Notes under the pieces: generated by a model | What the model saw: only the letters and a program-made list of their open reading frames with translations | Told to the model about the DNA's origin: nothing | Database searches by the model: none | In this document: positions 1 to 9,472 of the stretch, piece after piece | Layout: the number at the start of each line of letters is the position of its first letter | Position numbering within the stretch: position 1 is the first letter of the stretch | Translations under genes and position numbers: made by a program | Assembly (NCBI GenBank): GCA_003327425.1 | Contig: QOQW01000007.1 | Location: forward strand, 71,901 to 135,900 | Source of the DNA: Candidatus Ozemobacter sibiricus | GTDB taxonomy: Bacteria; Muiribacteriota; Ozemobacteria; Ozemobacterales; Ozemobacteraceae | Reading direction: 5' to 3' | DNA length: 64,000 nt

Positions 1-33
1 CGATGTCCGCATCCTCGAACGGACCCAGCAGCG

Positions 34-1092
34 GTGAAGCGCGATCGGGTTGCCATGCGACGGTCGGTCAAGGTCTTCTGGCTGGGAGCGGTCCTGGGCC
101 TGCTGGTCTGGGGGACAGGCTCGCTCAGCGTAGCCGCGTCGCAACCACTGGTCGGCACGGTCGATGTCCGGCTCTTGATGGTCCTCCACCCGCGGATGGC
201 CACCTTCGACTACATCCAGGGGCGGTTCTTCCGGCCCCAGTCGCCCGGGCGTCCCCGGCCCTCCATGGCCCAGGCCCTGGAGGCCGCCGGGGCCGGCATC
301 GAAAAGGAGCTGGGGCGGCTGACCAGCGAGGTCAGGCGGTTGCGGCGAGTCCAGGAGGATCTCATCCGCCGACGGGAAACCACGCTGAACAGCCTGCAGG
401 AGAGCGCTCAGCAGGGCGGAGGTGGGCGTGACTACCCGGCCCGGTACAAAGAATATGTCGATCGCTATCAGCGACTGCTGGGCGAGAATGCTCGCCAGCT
501 CGCCGAGGCCGAGGCGGCGGTGGCCCGTCTCCAGGAGAAGGCCTTTTCCCCTCTGTATCTTGATGAAGGCGAGACCGTGGCGCTCTTGCGCCAGATCCAT
601 GGGGAGATCCTCCAGATGGTGACCGCCGTGGCGCAGGAGATGGGCTTGGCAGCCGTGTTCGATCCGACGCTCCATCAGGTGCGGCCTGCCGTTCCGCCTC
701 ACCGTGAGATTCCCGCCGTTCCGCCGCCTCCGTTCGATCTGGGTCCCCGTTCGCTGCGCTCGCTGCAGACCTTCGAGGCGCCCTACCACCAGGCGATGAT
801 CCCCGGCCCGGATGGCCAGCTCATCAATGCCGCGGCGCATGTCGCGCTGGCGCGCGGCCAGAGCCTGATTCGAACCGCCCGTAAATATCTGAACCTGGCG
901 GCCTATCTTACCCTGGCCCGCCGTGATCTTCCGCTGCCTCCGGCCCTCGTTTTGCTCGGAGGGACCGACCTCACGCCCGTGGTCGGGCAGCGCCTGCTGC
1001 AGACCCACCGGATTCCCCCAGCGCAGCAGACCCGGATTCTGAAACTGCTGTCCGCCTTTCTCGAGGCGGCACAGAAACGTCAGGTGTGGTAA
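34..1092 (+). CDS. Secreted OmpH/Skp-like coiled-coil protein (hypothetical)
   Basis: N-terminal signal-like hydrophobic segment (VFWLGAVLGLLVWGTGSLSVAA) followed by a VGTVDVRLLMVLHP motif and long coiled-coil stretch resembling Skp/OmpH chaperones; high GC3 in frame. Alternative start codons possible. Confidence 0.45.
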   Translation: MKRDRVAMRRSVKVFWLGAVLGLLVWGTGSLSVAASQPLVGTVDVRLLMVLHPRMATFDYIQGRFFRPQSPGRPRPSMAQALEAAGAGIEKELGRLTSEVRRLRRVQEDLIRRRETTLNSLQESAQQGGGGRDYPARYKEYVDRYQRLLGENARQLAEAEAAVARLQEKAFSPLYLDEGETVALLRQIHGEILQMVTAVAQEMGLAAVFDPTLHQVRPAVPPHREIPAVPPPPFDLGPRSLRSLQTFEAPYHQAMIPGPDGQLINAAAHVALARGQSLIRTARKYLNLAAYLTLARRDLPLPPALVLLGGTDLTPVVGQRLLQTHRIPPAQQTRILKLLSAFLEAAQKRQVW

Positions 1093-1103
1093 GGTGGGAG
1101 AGG

Positions 1104-1703
1104 ATGGCGACTTCCCGTGATCCGCGGCCCAGGCGCGCACGTGGGGTGACCCTGACCGAGATCATGTTCTCGTTCCTGATCCTGGTTCTGGCCACCCTGG
1201 CGGCCTCAGGGCTGCTCAGCTATGGCCACCGTGGCACCGCCAAGGATTTCCGCATGGTGGCGGCCACGCAGATCCTGACCGATCGCATGAATCGCCTGCT
1301 GAAGCTCCCCTATGCCAGCCATTCCGCCGAGATCGAGCCGCCTGAGAACCCCCGAAATTTCGGCCCGACCACCGATGGCACCTATCATGACATCCCCTAT
1401 GGGGTGGCCACCTTCACCATGGCCGGCAATTTCCAGGTGGGATTCACGCTCGAGCATCTTCCGGTGACGTTTGCGGTCCAGCCCTTCCTGCTGAGCAACG
1501 ACTACGATCCCGGCATCGCCAGCTCCTATCGGTTCGCCGCCACCATCGATCCCTCCTTGGGCCAGTTCAACAGTGCCGATCGCGCCAGTCGCAATTTCTA
1601 CCGGGTGATCCGCATCACGGTTCGCGTCACCTGGACCGAACCGAACGGCGTCGCCCGTTCGGTGGAGGCGGTCAGCTTCAAAGCCGATCTGCAGGGAGCA
1701 TGA
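1104..1703 (+). CDS. Prepilin-type N-terminal cleavage/methylation domain protein (minor pilin/pseudopilin)
   Basis: RARG|VTLTEIMFSFLILVLATLAASGLL: class III signal with Gly-1 and Glu+5 plus hydrophobic helix; start taken at internal ATG of ORF 1086..1703. Confidence 0.6.
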   Translation: MATSRDPRPRRARGVTLTEIMFSFLILVLATLAASGLLSYGHRGTAKDFRMVAATQILTDRMNRLLKLPYASHSAEIEPPENPRNFGPTTDGTYHDIPYGVATFTMAGNFQVGFTLEHLPVTFAVQPFLLSNDYDPGIASSYRFAATIDPSLGQFNSADRASRNFYRVIRITVRVTWTEPNGVARSVEAVSFKADLQGA

Positions 1704-2239
1704 TGATGGCGGAGCGGCGGGTCCGGCAGGGGATGGCCCTGGTTATCGTTCTGGTGCTGACTCTGGCGTTGCTGGTGCTGGGCGGGGCCTACCTGAAGAC
1801 GGTTTCGCAGTCGACGGTGGTCAACCCTCTCCAATTGAAGAAGCTGCAGGCCGATTTCCTGGCCCAGGGCATCGCCGAGATCGCCCTGCTCAAATACAAG
1901 AAATTTCCCTCCGATTTCTACCATGCGTATGTGGCCTATCTTGCCGGTCCGCCAGCCAATACCGCCCCTTACACCGTCTTCCGGGAACAGGGGGCCGGTC
2001 CGAGTGCCAATACGCCGCTGCGGAACCTGCAGTACAACGGCAAATCGATCGGCCACCCGGTCAAAGTGCTCGATTATACGGTCGATTATCGTCTGGTCAG
2101 CTACAAGGGCTATGACAAAGATGGCTTGCAGATCAACGTGGCGGTCACCCTCGATGGCGAGGGGTTGGCTTCGGGCAGCACCATGACCTTCGTCAGTTCG
2201 TTCACCTTCGATGTCACGCGGCGTTTGCTGCGACCCTGA
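1700..2239 (+). CDS. GspK/PilX-like minor pilin (pseudopilin)
   Basis: N-terminus RQGMALVIVLVLTLALLVLGGAYL resembles GspK/PilX-type pseudopilins lacking Glu+5; 4-nt overlap with upstream pilin gene. Confidence 0.5.
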   Translation: MMMAERRVRQGMALVIVLVLTLALLVLGGAYLKTVSQSTVVNPLQLKKLQADFLAQGIAEIALLKYKKFPSDFYHAYVAYLAGPPANTAPYTVFREQGAGPSANTPLRNLQYNGKSIGHPVKVLDYTVDYRLVSYKGYDKDGLQINVAVTLDGEGLASGSTMTFVSSFTFDVTRRLLRP

Positions 2240-2255
2240 GGCGGAGCGGGAAACG

Positions 2256-2996
2256 ATGGCTGGTCGACGCGGTTTCACCCTGGTCGAGATCCTGATCGCG
2301 GCTGGCCTGCTGTCGGCGCTGCTGCTGACCTTCTTCGGCATGTTCCGCAGTTCCACCGGACAATTCCAGGCCGGCTCCTGGCGCCATGTCACGCAGAAGG
2401 ACGCCCAGGTCTTCCTCAATCACCTGCGCAGCCTCATCGAGAAGGCCAACCACCCCTATGTTCTGGAATCCGGGAATCAGCGACCGATCGAAAACCAACC
2501 GATCATGCTTCATACGGCCTTCAGCGGCAATGCCCCGGTCACGCTCTCCGGCACCGGGGGCATCCTGTATTTCTCCGTCAATACCCCGGCCGAGCGAGCT
2601 CCACCAGCCGGTTCCGGCATGGCTTCGCTGCTCCAGACCTCCAATCGCCCCGGCATCTGGAGCGGGGTCGCCCTGTCATACCAACCCATGCCAACGGGGG
2701 GGCAGCGGTTGGTGTTGATCCACTCCGGGGAAAGCGCCGATCTCAATACCAACCTGGCCGCTCCCTACGACTGTCCGCCGGGCGGAGATTTCCAACGCCT
2801 GCCGACCTCCGCCCGCTCCCGATTCCAGCTCGATGATGTGGAGGCGGTGCGGATCATCCGCTCGCCCATCGCGACGGGCCCGCTGGAGATCTCGGTCACG
2901 CTCGCCAAGACCGTCCAGGGCCGCAAGGTCAGTTTTGTCGAGACGGTTCTGGCCAAGCCCATCCACGACGCCGGCGTCACCGTCAGCTCGTTCTGA
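2256..2996 (+). CDS. Prepilin-type N-terminal cleavage/methylation domain protein (minor pilin)
   Basis: GRRG|FTLVEILIAAGLLSALLL: canonical type IV pilin N-terminus (Phe1, Glu5); internal ATG of ORF 2211..2996. Confidence 0.6.
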   Translation: MAGRRGFTLVEILIAAGLLSALLLTFFGMFRSSTGQFQAGSWRHVTQKDAQVFLNHLRSLIEKANHPYVLESGNQRPIENQPIMLHTAFSGNAPVTLSGTGGILYFSVNTPAERAPPAGSGMASLLQTSNRPGIWSGVALSYQPMPTGGQRLVLIHSGESADLNTNLAAPYDCPPGGDFQRLPTSARSRFQLDDVEAVRIIRSPIATGPLEISVTLAKTVQGRKVSFVETVLAKPIHDAGVTVSSF

Positions 2997-3009
2997 GGCT
3001 GATCGCCAG

Positions 3010-3029
3010 CCGCCGGGCTGCCCCGGCGG
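3010..3029. terminator. GC-rich hairpin (8-bp stem CCGCCGGG/CCCGGCGG, 4-nt loop) between convergent genes
   Basis: Perfect inverted repeat read directly from sequence 14 nt after the pilin-gene stop; no U-tract, so terminator function is tentative. Confidence 0.3.
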
Positions 3030-3104
3030 GCCGGTTCACCGGGGAGGTCGTGGCGCTCGCCGTGCGGGGCCGTCGGCCCGGGCCAGGTGATGCCGGGGCG
3101 CGGG

Positions 3105-4001
3105 TCATTCGGAGGGCGGTACGGATCGGGGCGTGGTAGCGCGCGGTGGTGGCATGGGCTGACTGGTCGGCAGATCGGGCTGGCGCAAGTCGGCCGGGCG
3201 CAGATCGTAGGCGCCGGACGCGACATCCTGGAAGAGTTCGCCGATATCCAGCAGCATGGGCCGGTGATCGTGCTTTTCGAGGTAGGTGAGCAAGCAGCCG
3301 CCCAGCCCCATCATGGTGTCGACCAGGATCGTCGGGGAAACGCTGATCTCTCGCACATCGAGTACTTGCCCGTCCCGTCCGACGGCGCGCACGATGAGGT
3401 GGGTTTCCTCGCGCAGGACGGTCCGGACCAGGGCGCCACCGAAGAAGATGATGTCCAGCATGGTGAGACCGTGCTGGTCGTTGCGCTTGACATAGATATC
3501 GAGAAAAACCGTCTCGGTCCAGTCGGGATGAGCCGGCAGGATGAGGGCAGGGTCGTTGGCCGAGGGCAGGTCGGCGAGGGGAATGGTCAGACTGGCCGTG
3601 GGAAAGACGGCGGCCAGGGCTGCAGCGACCTGCTGTCGCAGGGATGCCGCCGCCGGGGTCGGCATGGAGAGATCGCCCTGCCAGACCCGCAGCAGGCGGA
3701 GCCGTCCGAGATCGAGCGGGGGTGATGCCGCCAGCATCTCTTCGCGCCAGGCGTAGAGAGCATCGGTCAGTCCGAAGTAGCCGGGGGTGGGGGTGGGCGG
3801 TTCGTGATCCAGCGTGGTCCATTCATGGGGGAGACGAAGGCAGGCCCAGACAGCGGTCGGGGCCTGTCCGACGAGCAGCAGGAGGAAGAGAAGGACGGCG
3901 GCCGCGGGGCTGACCGGCTGGCGAACGTTCGAGGAGAGGCCGGGCGAGCGAGGGGCGGCGGCCGGGATGGTGGTCGAAGACAGCAGCGAAGCGGGCATCA
4001 T
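3105..4001 (-). CDS. Hypothetical membrane-anchored protein
   Basis: 298-aa ORF with strong GC3 bias in frame and an N-terminal hydrophobic segment (AAAVLLFLLLLVGQAPTAVWA); no recognisable catalytic motifs. Confidence 0.45.
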   Translation of the reverse strand: MMPASLLSSTTIPAAAPRSPGLSSNVRQPVSPAAAVLLFLLLLVGQAPTAVWACLRLPHEWTTLDHEPPTPTPGYFGLTDALYAWREEMLAASPPLDLGRLRLLRVWQGDLSMPTPAAASLRQQVAAALAAVFPTASLTIPLADLPSANDPALILPAHPDWTETVFLDIYVKRNDQHGLTMLDIIFFGGALVRTVLREETHLIVRAVGRDGQVLDVREISVSPTILVDTMMGLGGCLLTYLEKHDHRPMLLDIGELFQDVASGAYDLRPADLRQPDLPTSQPMPPPRATTPRSVPPSE

Positions 4002-4022
4002 GTAGCTGGGGTGGCCGGGTGA

Positions 4023-5018
4023 TCAGACTAGCCGGGAGCGCAGGATGTCGTGCAGGTGCAGGAATCCGATCACGGTGTCGGCCGGGTCGACCACGACCAG
4101 CGAGGTGATCGCTTTCTCTTCCATCAGTTTCAGCGCCTCCATGGCGAGACGGTCGGGGCCGATCCGACGCGGGTTGGGAGTCATCACCGTACGGAGCGGT
4201 CGGTGGAGGTCGGCTTCTTGACGTTCGAACAGGCGGCGCAGGTCGCCATCGGTGAAGATGCCGAGCAGACGCGAGCCGGGGTCGGTGATGACGAGGGTGC
4301 CGAAGCCGCCGCGCGACATGTGGATGATGCCGTCTTTCAGCGTCATCTCGGGCGGCGCGGCGGGAATGCGGTCGCCGGTATGCATGAGATCGCGCACGGT
4401 GAGGAAGCGCCGGCCCAGGCTGCCGGAGGGGTGAAGGCGCGCGAAATCCTTTTCTTTGAAACCGCGGGCCTCGAGGAGGGCGACGGCCAGCGCATCGCCC
4501 ATGGCCATGGTCACGGTGGTCGAGCTGGTCGGCGCGAGGTTGAGAGGGCAGGCTTCGCGCTCGACCGAGGTGTCGAGTGCGACGTCGGCCATGCGAGCGA
4601 TGGTCGAGCCGGGGGTACCCACCAAGGCGATGATGCGGGCGCCGAGGCGTCGCAGGAAGGGGATGAGCCGGACGATCTCTTCGGTTTCGCCTGAATTGGA
4701 CAGGACGAGAACGACATCCTGCTCGGTGACCATGCCTAAATCGCCGTGCAGAGCTTCCGTCGGATGGAGGAAGAAGCTCGGGGTGCCGGTGCTGGACAGG
4801 GTGGCCGAGATCTTGCGGCCCACCAGACCGGACTTGCCGATCCCCGAGACGATCAGGCGCCCGCGGGCGGAGAGCACCAGATCGACGGCGGCGATCAAGC
4901 GTTCGTCGAGCCGCCGGGCGGCTTCGAGGATGGCCTGGGCCTCGCGCTCGAGCACTTCACGGAAGATGGCGGGCAGGCTCTCGGGGGGGCGGGCCGGCGC
5001 ATCAGGCATGGGGATCAC
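4023..5018 (-). CDS. kdsD: Arabinose-5-phosphate isomerase (KdsD/KpsF/GutQ family; SIS + tandem CBS)
   Basis: SIS motif GIGKSGLVGRKISATLSSTGTPSFFLHPTEALHGDLGMV and C-terminal CBS pair; 331 aa typical length. Confidence 0.85.
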   Translation of the reverse strand: MIPMPDAPARPPESLPAIFREVLEREAQAILEAARRLDERLIAAVDLVLSARGRLIVSGIGKSGLVGRKISATLSSTGTPSFFLHPTEALHGDLGMVTEQDVVLVLSNSGETEEIVRLIPFLRRLGARIIALVGTPGSTIARMADVALDTSVEREACPLNLAPTSSTTVTMAMGDALAVALLEARGFKEKDFARLHPSGSLGRRFLTVRDLMHTGDRIPAAPPEMTLKDGIIHMSRGGFGTLVITDPGSRLLGIFTDGDLRRLFERQEADLHRPLRTVMTPNPRRIGPDRLAMEALKLMEEKAITSLVVVDPADTVIGFLHLHDILRSRLV

Positions 5019-5197
5019 CTCCGGGCATCACCATAGCAGGCGGGAACCACGCTTGGCAAGGGCCTGCTCAGAAGCCCTCTCTTGCGGGTTCACGCGACCG
5101 GGGGAGGTGGTCGACGCTTCCTTGAGTCGCAAGAGGTCGAGCCTGGCGGTGTGCGGTGGGAGGCGACCTGGCCGGAGGCTGGGAGCGGAGCCGGGGG

Positions 5198-5239
5198 GAG
5201 AAAAGCACGACGCCGGAACACGGGATGCCGTGTTCCGGC
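5198..5239 (-). terminator. Putative intrinsic terminator of the C25 peptidase gene
   Basis: 12-bp perfect stem GCCGGAACACGG/CCGTGTTCCGGC with 4-nt loop (5212..5239), followed on the minus strand by GTCGTGCTTTTCTCC (T-run) about 30 nt after the stop codon. Confidence 0.5.
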
Positions 5240-5266
5240 GCCGGAAAAGGACCGCGGACGGAAGGA

Positions 5267-7459
5267 TCAGAAGGAGATCGGTTCGTCGACCTGAGGCACC
5301 AGGAGCGAGCCGATGACCGTGTAGTATCCCTTGGTGCCCTTGGGGGCCGGGATTTTGAGCGTGACCTGACCGGTGTCGCTGGTGCGGCCGGTGACCCACA
5401 GCTCGAACTTCTCGGTGTAGAAGGTCACGTGGGCGTCGGCGACGGGTTTGCCGTCGGCGGTCAGGACGGTGAAGGCGGCCTGGCACTCGGTCTCGTTGCT
5501 GGAGGGCTGGACGTCGATCTTCGCGGAGATCGGAGGCCGGGTGCGGATCAGCGTGGTGGCATCACCGAACCAGTGCCACTGCTCGGCCATCTTGACCCCG
5601 GGGCTCTTGACCTCGGTGCCATACTGTTCGAGCCCTTTCATGATCCCGTTCATGACCAGGGCACCGGCCGTCTTGTAGGTGTCGTTCATCAAATACTCAA
5701 GGTTGATTTCTTTCTGGACAGTGATGGGAGGCACCCAATCCTGGTTGGTGGTGGACCCGAAGAACCCAACAGCTCCCGCCGGATTCTCGATGTTGCCGGC
5801 TTTCAACCAGGCCTCGGCGAAGCAGTCGGCGCCATTGACGAAGTTCCCGTTGACGCAGGCCACGCTGATGATCAGGGGCAGCTTCCAGCCATTGGTCAGC
5901 GCGCGGCAATCAGCCGTGGCGAACCCGGAGGTGACCCAGGCATCCTTGCTGCCGTGACCGAGGTAATTGATCAGACAGCGACCTTCGTTAACTCCCTTGG
6001 CGACGTCGGCTTTGTTCGCTTTGGGCTTGGGAGGAGGAGCAGTGACAGAAGCAGAGGCCGGGGCAGGAGTGGCGGTCGCGGTCGCTTCGGTTTCGGAGCG
6101 TCGATCGGCGGCCATGATCATCGGGGGCAGGTGCGGCAGGCCGCCGCCCCAGGGACCCCAACCACCGCCCCAGGGGCCGAAGGGACCGCCGGGGTACGGA
6201 GGATAGTCGCCGCCACCGCCACCGAACCCGCCGCCGTTGTGGGTGACCTTGGGATCATAGATCTCATCGATGGCGGTGAACCGGGCGGCTTTCAGCAGGG
6301 TGCTGCGCAGATCGCTCATGATCTCGAAGTCGGCCGGATTGCCTTCGCCGCTGGCGATGCCCATGGCTCGCAGATACCAGGCGGTGTCCTCGCCCTCGGA
6401 GGGGAAGCGTTCGTAATTGATGAACTTGGCGACCTGGTAGGCGACTTCTTCGGGAGTGGTGGCCGAAATCCGGCTGATGATGGCGTCAGGAACATGGTCG
6501 TCGCCCGCCAGCTTGACATAGCACGGATCGGAATCGGCGCGTTCGTTGGCGCCCTTGTTGGTGGGGACCTGGGCGGCATCGCCGACGAGGATCACATGGG
6601 TGAACCCGCGCCCATCGTACTCGGCCTGGAGGAACGCTTTGATGGCCTCGGGGGTGGCGCCGCCGATGTCCGACAGCCGGACGGTCTTGGTTTCGATGCC
6701 GCATTTCAGCTTCCAGATGTGGAGGGGCAGGACGGCTTCATACAGCTCATCGGCCGCGATGATCAGCAGGCGGCCATTCTCGCCGAGCCGGGGCAGTCGC
6801 TGCGCCATCGGTTGGAAGTTCCGGAAGAAGCGGCGGTAGGACGGTTCGAAGACCCGGGTGACCATCGGGCGGCCGCGATGGGGATTGGGGCCGGTGCCGG
6901 ACGACGACAGCTTGGCCCGCAGGGACTTGTAGACCCGCAACTGGTTGGTGACCGGATTGTACTGGACGGCCGAGACGGTCAGACGGACGCCGCGCACGTC
7001 GCGGTAGATGAAGGGAGCGCTGATGCACGCCACTTCGGCATCGGAAGGAATCCAGGCATTGACCCCATAAGCCTTGCCGAATTCATACGGAACCTGCTGC
7101 GGATCGACGGCGCGACTCAAAGGCCCTTTGCTGGGACGCACGCGAGCGTCGAGATCGATGACCTCGAATTTGCGATCGAGGATCTCCAGGGTAGGCTTCC
7201 CGGTGGGGGATACCATCATGAACCCGGCTTGATAGGGCAGTTCGGGGGCGCCTTTGTTCTGCGTGAGGGAGCTTCCCTCGGCGGCCAGGGCATAGGCCGG
7301 CTTGCCGTCGATGGTCAGCCGGGCGAACAGCAGCGTGGGGAAGGTGACCGAGATCTCGGTCACCGAGCTGCGATCGACCCGGACCGAGAACTCGGCCCAG
7401 GCTCCCATCGCCACTTGAACAAGCAACACACAGATGAGGGCCACATTCCAGCGCTTCAT
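5267..7459 (-). CDS. Peptidase C25 (gingipain-like) secreted cysteine protease with propeptide and C-terminal Ig-like/carboxypeptidase-regulatory-like domain
   Basis: Signal peptide MKRWNVALICVLLVQVAMGAWA; catalytic His in NYLGHGS and catalytic Cys in IISVACVNGNF as in gingipain RgpB; GGAGG RBS 8 nt upstream of ATG at 7459; unusual G/W/P-rich insertion before the His motif. Confidence 0.75.
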   Translation of the reverse strand: MKRWNVALICVLLVQVAMGAWAEFSVRVDRSSVTEISVTFPTLLFARLTIDGKPAYALAAEGSSLTQNKGAPELPYQAGFMMVSPTGKPTLEILDRKFEVIDLDARVRPSKGPLSRAVDPQQVPYEFGKAYGVNAWIPSDAEVACISAPFIYRDVRGVRLTVSAVQYNPVTNQLRVYKSLRAKLSSSGTGPNPHRGRPMVTRVFEPSYRRFFRNFQPMAQRLPRLGENGRLLIIAADELYEAVLPLHIWKLKCGIETKTVRLSDIGGATPEAIKAFLQAEYDGRGFTHVILVGDAAQVPTNKGANERADSDPCYVKLAGDDHVPDAIISRISATTPEEVAYQVAKFINYERFPSEGEDTAWYLRAMGIASGEGNPADFEIMSDLRSTLLKAARFTAIDEIYDPKVTHNGGGFGGGGGDYPPYPGGPFGPWGGGWGPWGGGLPHLPPMIMAADRRSETEATATATPAPASASVTAPPPKPKANKADVAKGVNEGRCLINYLGHGSKDAWVTSGFATADCRALTNGWKLPLIISVACVNGNFVNGADCFAEAWLKAGNIENPAGAVGFFGSTTNQDWVPPITVQKEINLEYLMNDTYKTAGALVMNGIMKGLEQYGTEVKSPGVKMAEQWHWFGDATTLIRTRPPISAKIDVQPSSNETECQAAFTVLTADGKPVADAHVTFYTEKFELWVTGRTSDTGQVTLKIPAPKGTKGYYTVIGSLLVPQVDEPISF

Positions 7460-7665
7460 TCCGGTTCCTCCTGGACGGGTTCGCATCTTCAGACACGAAT
7501 GTCGGGGTCGGGAAAAGCAATTCCGGTGCCAGCACGGAATTGCTGGCGGCAAGGGATTCGCGGCGATCTGGCGGCGAGAAAGTGCCGGAAATCCATCGGC
7601 GGGCGACGAAATTCCGTGCCCTTGCCCGCTGTCAGCTTGGGCGAAATTGTGCTACCCTGGCCCCC

Positions 7666-9249
7666 ATGTCATTGCCAGATCCGAATCCGGCGGCTTCGCG
7701 CTGGGGGGCCACCATTCTCGCCATCCTGACCGATGGGACGGCCGAGGAACGTCGAGCCATTCTCGAGTTTCTGGCCTGCCACGGTCGATTGTCCGAAGAG
7801 GAGGCCCGGGCGTGCCTGCCTCGGATCCAGAACCTGGTGTTCCACCCTGAAGCCGAGATTCGGTATTTCGCTCGCAAAGCGGTTCAGCGGCTGCTCGAAG
7901 AGTACAAAGAGCTGGGGTCGGAAGCGCTGGCGGACAGTGGCGAGCTGGCAATGGGGGGAGCGCTGCCGTCGCGTGAGGTCCTGCTGCGCAAGATCCGTCT
8001 GGGGAGCCGCTACGTGGTCTTCGAAGCGCTCGAGCGCTTGACCGAGAGCGGAGATCCCACCTTGTTCATGCCTCTGGTCGAATTCCTGGAGCAGGAAACC
8101 GATCTCTACAAGATCTCCTATCTGGTCCGCCGCCTCTCCCGGATTCCCGATCCCCGGGTGCCCGACATTCTGGCGAAGTATCTCGACCATCAAGATTTCC
8201 GGGTAGTGGCCAACGCTCTGGAGGGACTGGCCGAAGTGTCGACGCCGCATCTACAGGAGCGGTTCGCCGCGTTGGCCGCCTCGCCGGACCACCGGGTGCG
8301 GGCGGCGGCCATCCGAGCCTTGTTGCGATACGACCGCGCCCGGGCTCGCGCGGCCCTCGAAGGCATGCTGCGCAGCGACAGCGTCGCCTTCCAGGAAGCC
8401 GGGATGCATGTCTTGCGGCGGGCCATCGCTCCAGATCTGGAGCCGTTGCTCGATCTGGCGGTCAACTCGCGATTTCCGTCCATCCGGCTGGGAGCTTTGG
8501 AAATCTCTCGCCAGGGGGGCCGGAAGAGCGCCCGGCCAACGGACGTGCCCGGCGGGCCTCCACCGACCGAAGCCCAGCGGGAACGCGGTCTGCTCACCTC
8601 GTTCGGCTTGACCATCCTGTTGATGACGCTGAGTACCTACGTCTCGCATGGCATGCTCCTCAATATCTACCTGGGAGGTGCCAGCCTGTTCGTGCTGATG
8701 CATCGGCGGCACGAGGCGACCTTCGCGCGGGCGGTGGCCTCGGCGGCCTTCATCGCCTGTCTGGTCTGGGGCGATGTCCGCTACCTGCCGGCGCTTGGTC
8801 TGCTCGCCATCTGGCTGCCCCTGACCGGCACCCGGGAACGCCCCTGGCGAACCCGGCTGGCCGCCTGGATGTTCGCCGCCCTGGCGGTGGGGCTGACCCA
8901 TCTGTTCCGCGACGAGAACCTCCATACCCTCGATCTGGTGTGGGCCATGATCACTCCCACCCGGCAGCCTGACGCCGCCCTGGAGGGGATCCTGGTCCAG
9001 GTGGTGAGGTTCCGCTGGATCCTGTTCGCCGTCATCGCCGTCGGCGTCACCCTGTTGTTGAAGCTCGATCGGTGGTTCCCCATCGAAGCCCAGCCCCAGA
9101 CCGCCCGGCGGCGTCTGTTGATCGCTTTCCTGGCCGCGTTGCTGGTGCTGCTGGCGTTGCTGATCGTACAGCGCGTGGGCATGAAGATGCTGCTGTCCAT
9201 GCATGGGATGGGAACGCCCACCCTCATCCTCAAGCATTTCGGAGATTGA
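7666..9249 (+). CDS. HEAT/PBS-lyase repeat protein fused to a C-terminal polytopic membrane domain
   Basis: Repeated HEAT-like segments (…ARKAVQRLLEE…, …VRAAAIRALLRYD…, …AFQEAGMHVLRRA…) followed by ~6 predicted TM helices; start at internal ATG 7666 of ORF 7540..9249. Confidence 0.55.
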   Translation: MSLPDPNPAASRWGATILAILTDGTAEERRAILEFLACHGRLSEEEARACLPRIQNLVFHPEAEIRYFARKAVQRLLEEYKELGSEALADSGELAMGGALPSREVLLRKIRLGSRYVVFEALERLTESGDPTLFMPLVEFLEQETDLYKISYLVRRLSRIPDPRVPDILAKYLDHQDFRVVANALEGLAEVSTPHLQERFAALAASPDHRVRAAAIRALLRYDRARARAALEGMLRSDSVAFQEAGMHVLRRAIAPDLEPLLDLAVNSRFPSIRLGALEISRQGGRKSARPTDVPGGPPPTEAQRERGLLTSFGLTILLMTLSTYVSHGMLLNIYLGGASLFVLMHRRHEATFARAVASAAFIACLVWGDVRYLPALGLLAIWLPLTGTRERPWRTRLAAWMFAALAVGLTHLFRDENLHTLDLVWAMITPTRQPDAALEGILVQVVRFRWILFAVIAVGVTLLLKLDRWFPIEAQPQTARRRLLIAFLAALLVLLALLIVQRVGMKMLLSMHGMGTPTLILKHFGD

Positions 9250-9472
9250 GGGGCCGCCCGAACCTACGCCCCCCTTGCAGGCAGGCTTGCCACCCAGACC
9301 GGTTTCGGAAAAGAGGGAAAGCTTCGCCCGTGGCGCAGCCGAGCCGCCGCTCCTGACGACGGCGTTCAGGTCGGCGTTGGCTCAGCCGACGAACCCGCTT
9401 CGTGAGCCTGATCGTTCACGCCCGGCGAGGAAGAGGAACGCCCGGATTGGACGGGGGCGCGCGGGTGGACGA

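Noticed and set aside
3-431. 142-aa ORF at the window start and 3087..3725 (+) / 2983..3822 (-) ORFs
   Set aside because: They overlap better-supported frames (34..1092 with signal peptide and coiled coil; 3105..4001 with strong GC3 bias) and encode Arg/Gly/Pro-rich sequences without features.
5156-7729. 857-aa plus-strand ORF fully antisense to the C25 peptidase gene
   Set aside because: Low-complexity Gly/Asp/Arg-rich translation with no motifs; the opposite strand carries a motif-rich peptidase with a proper RBS. Long antisense ORFs like this are expected in 68% GC DNA.
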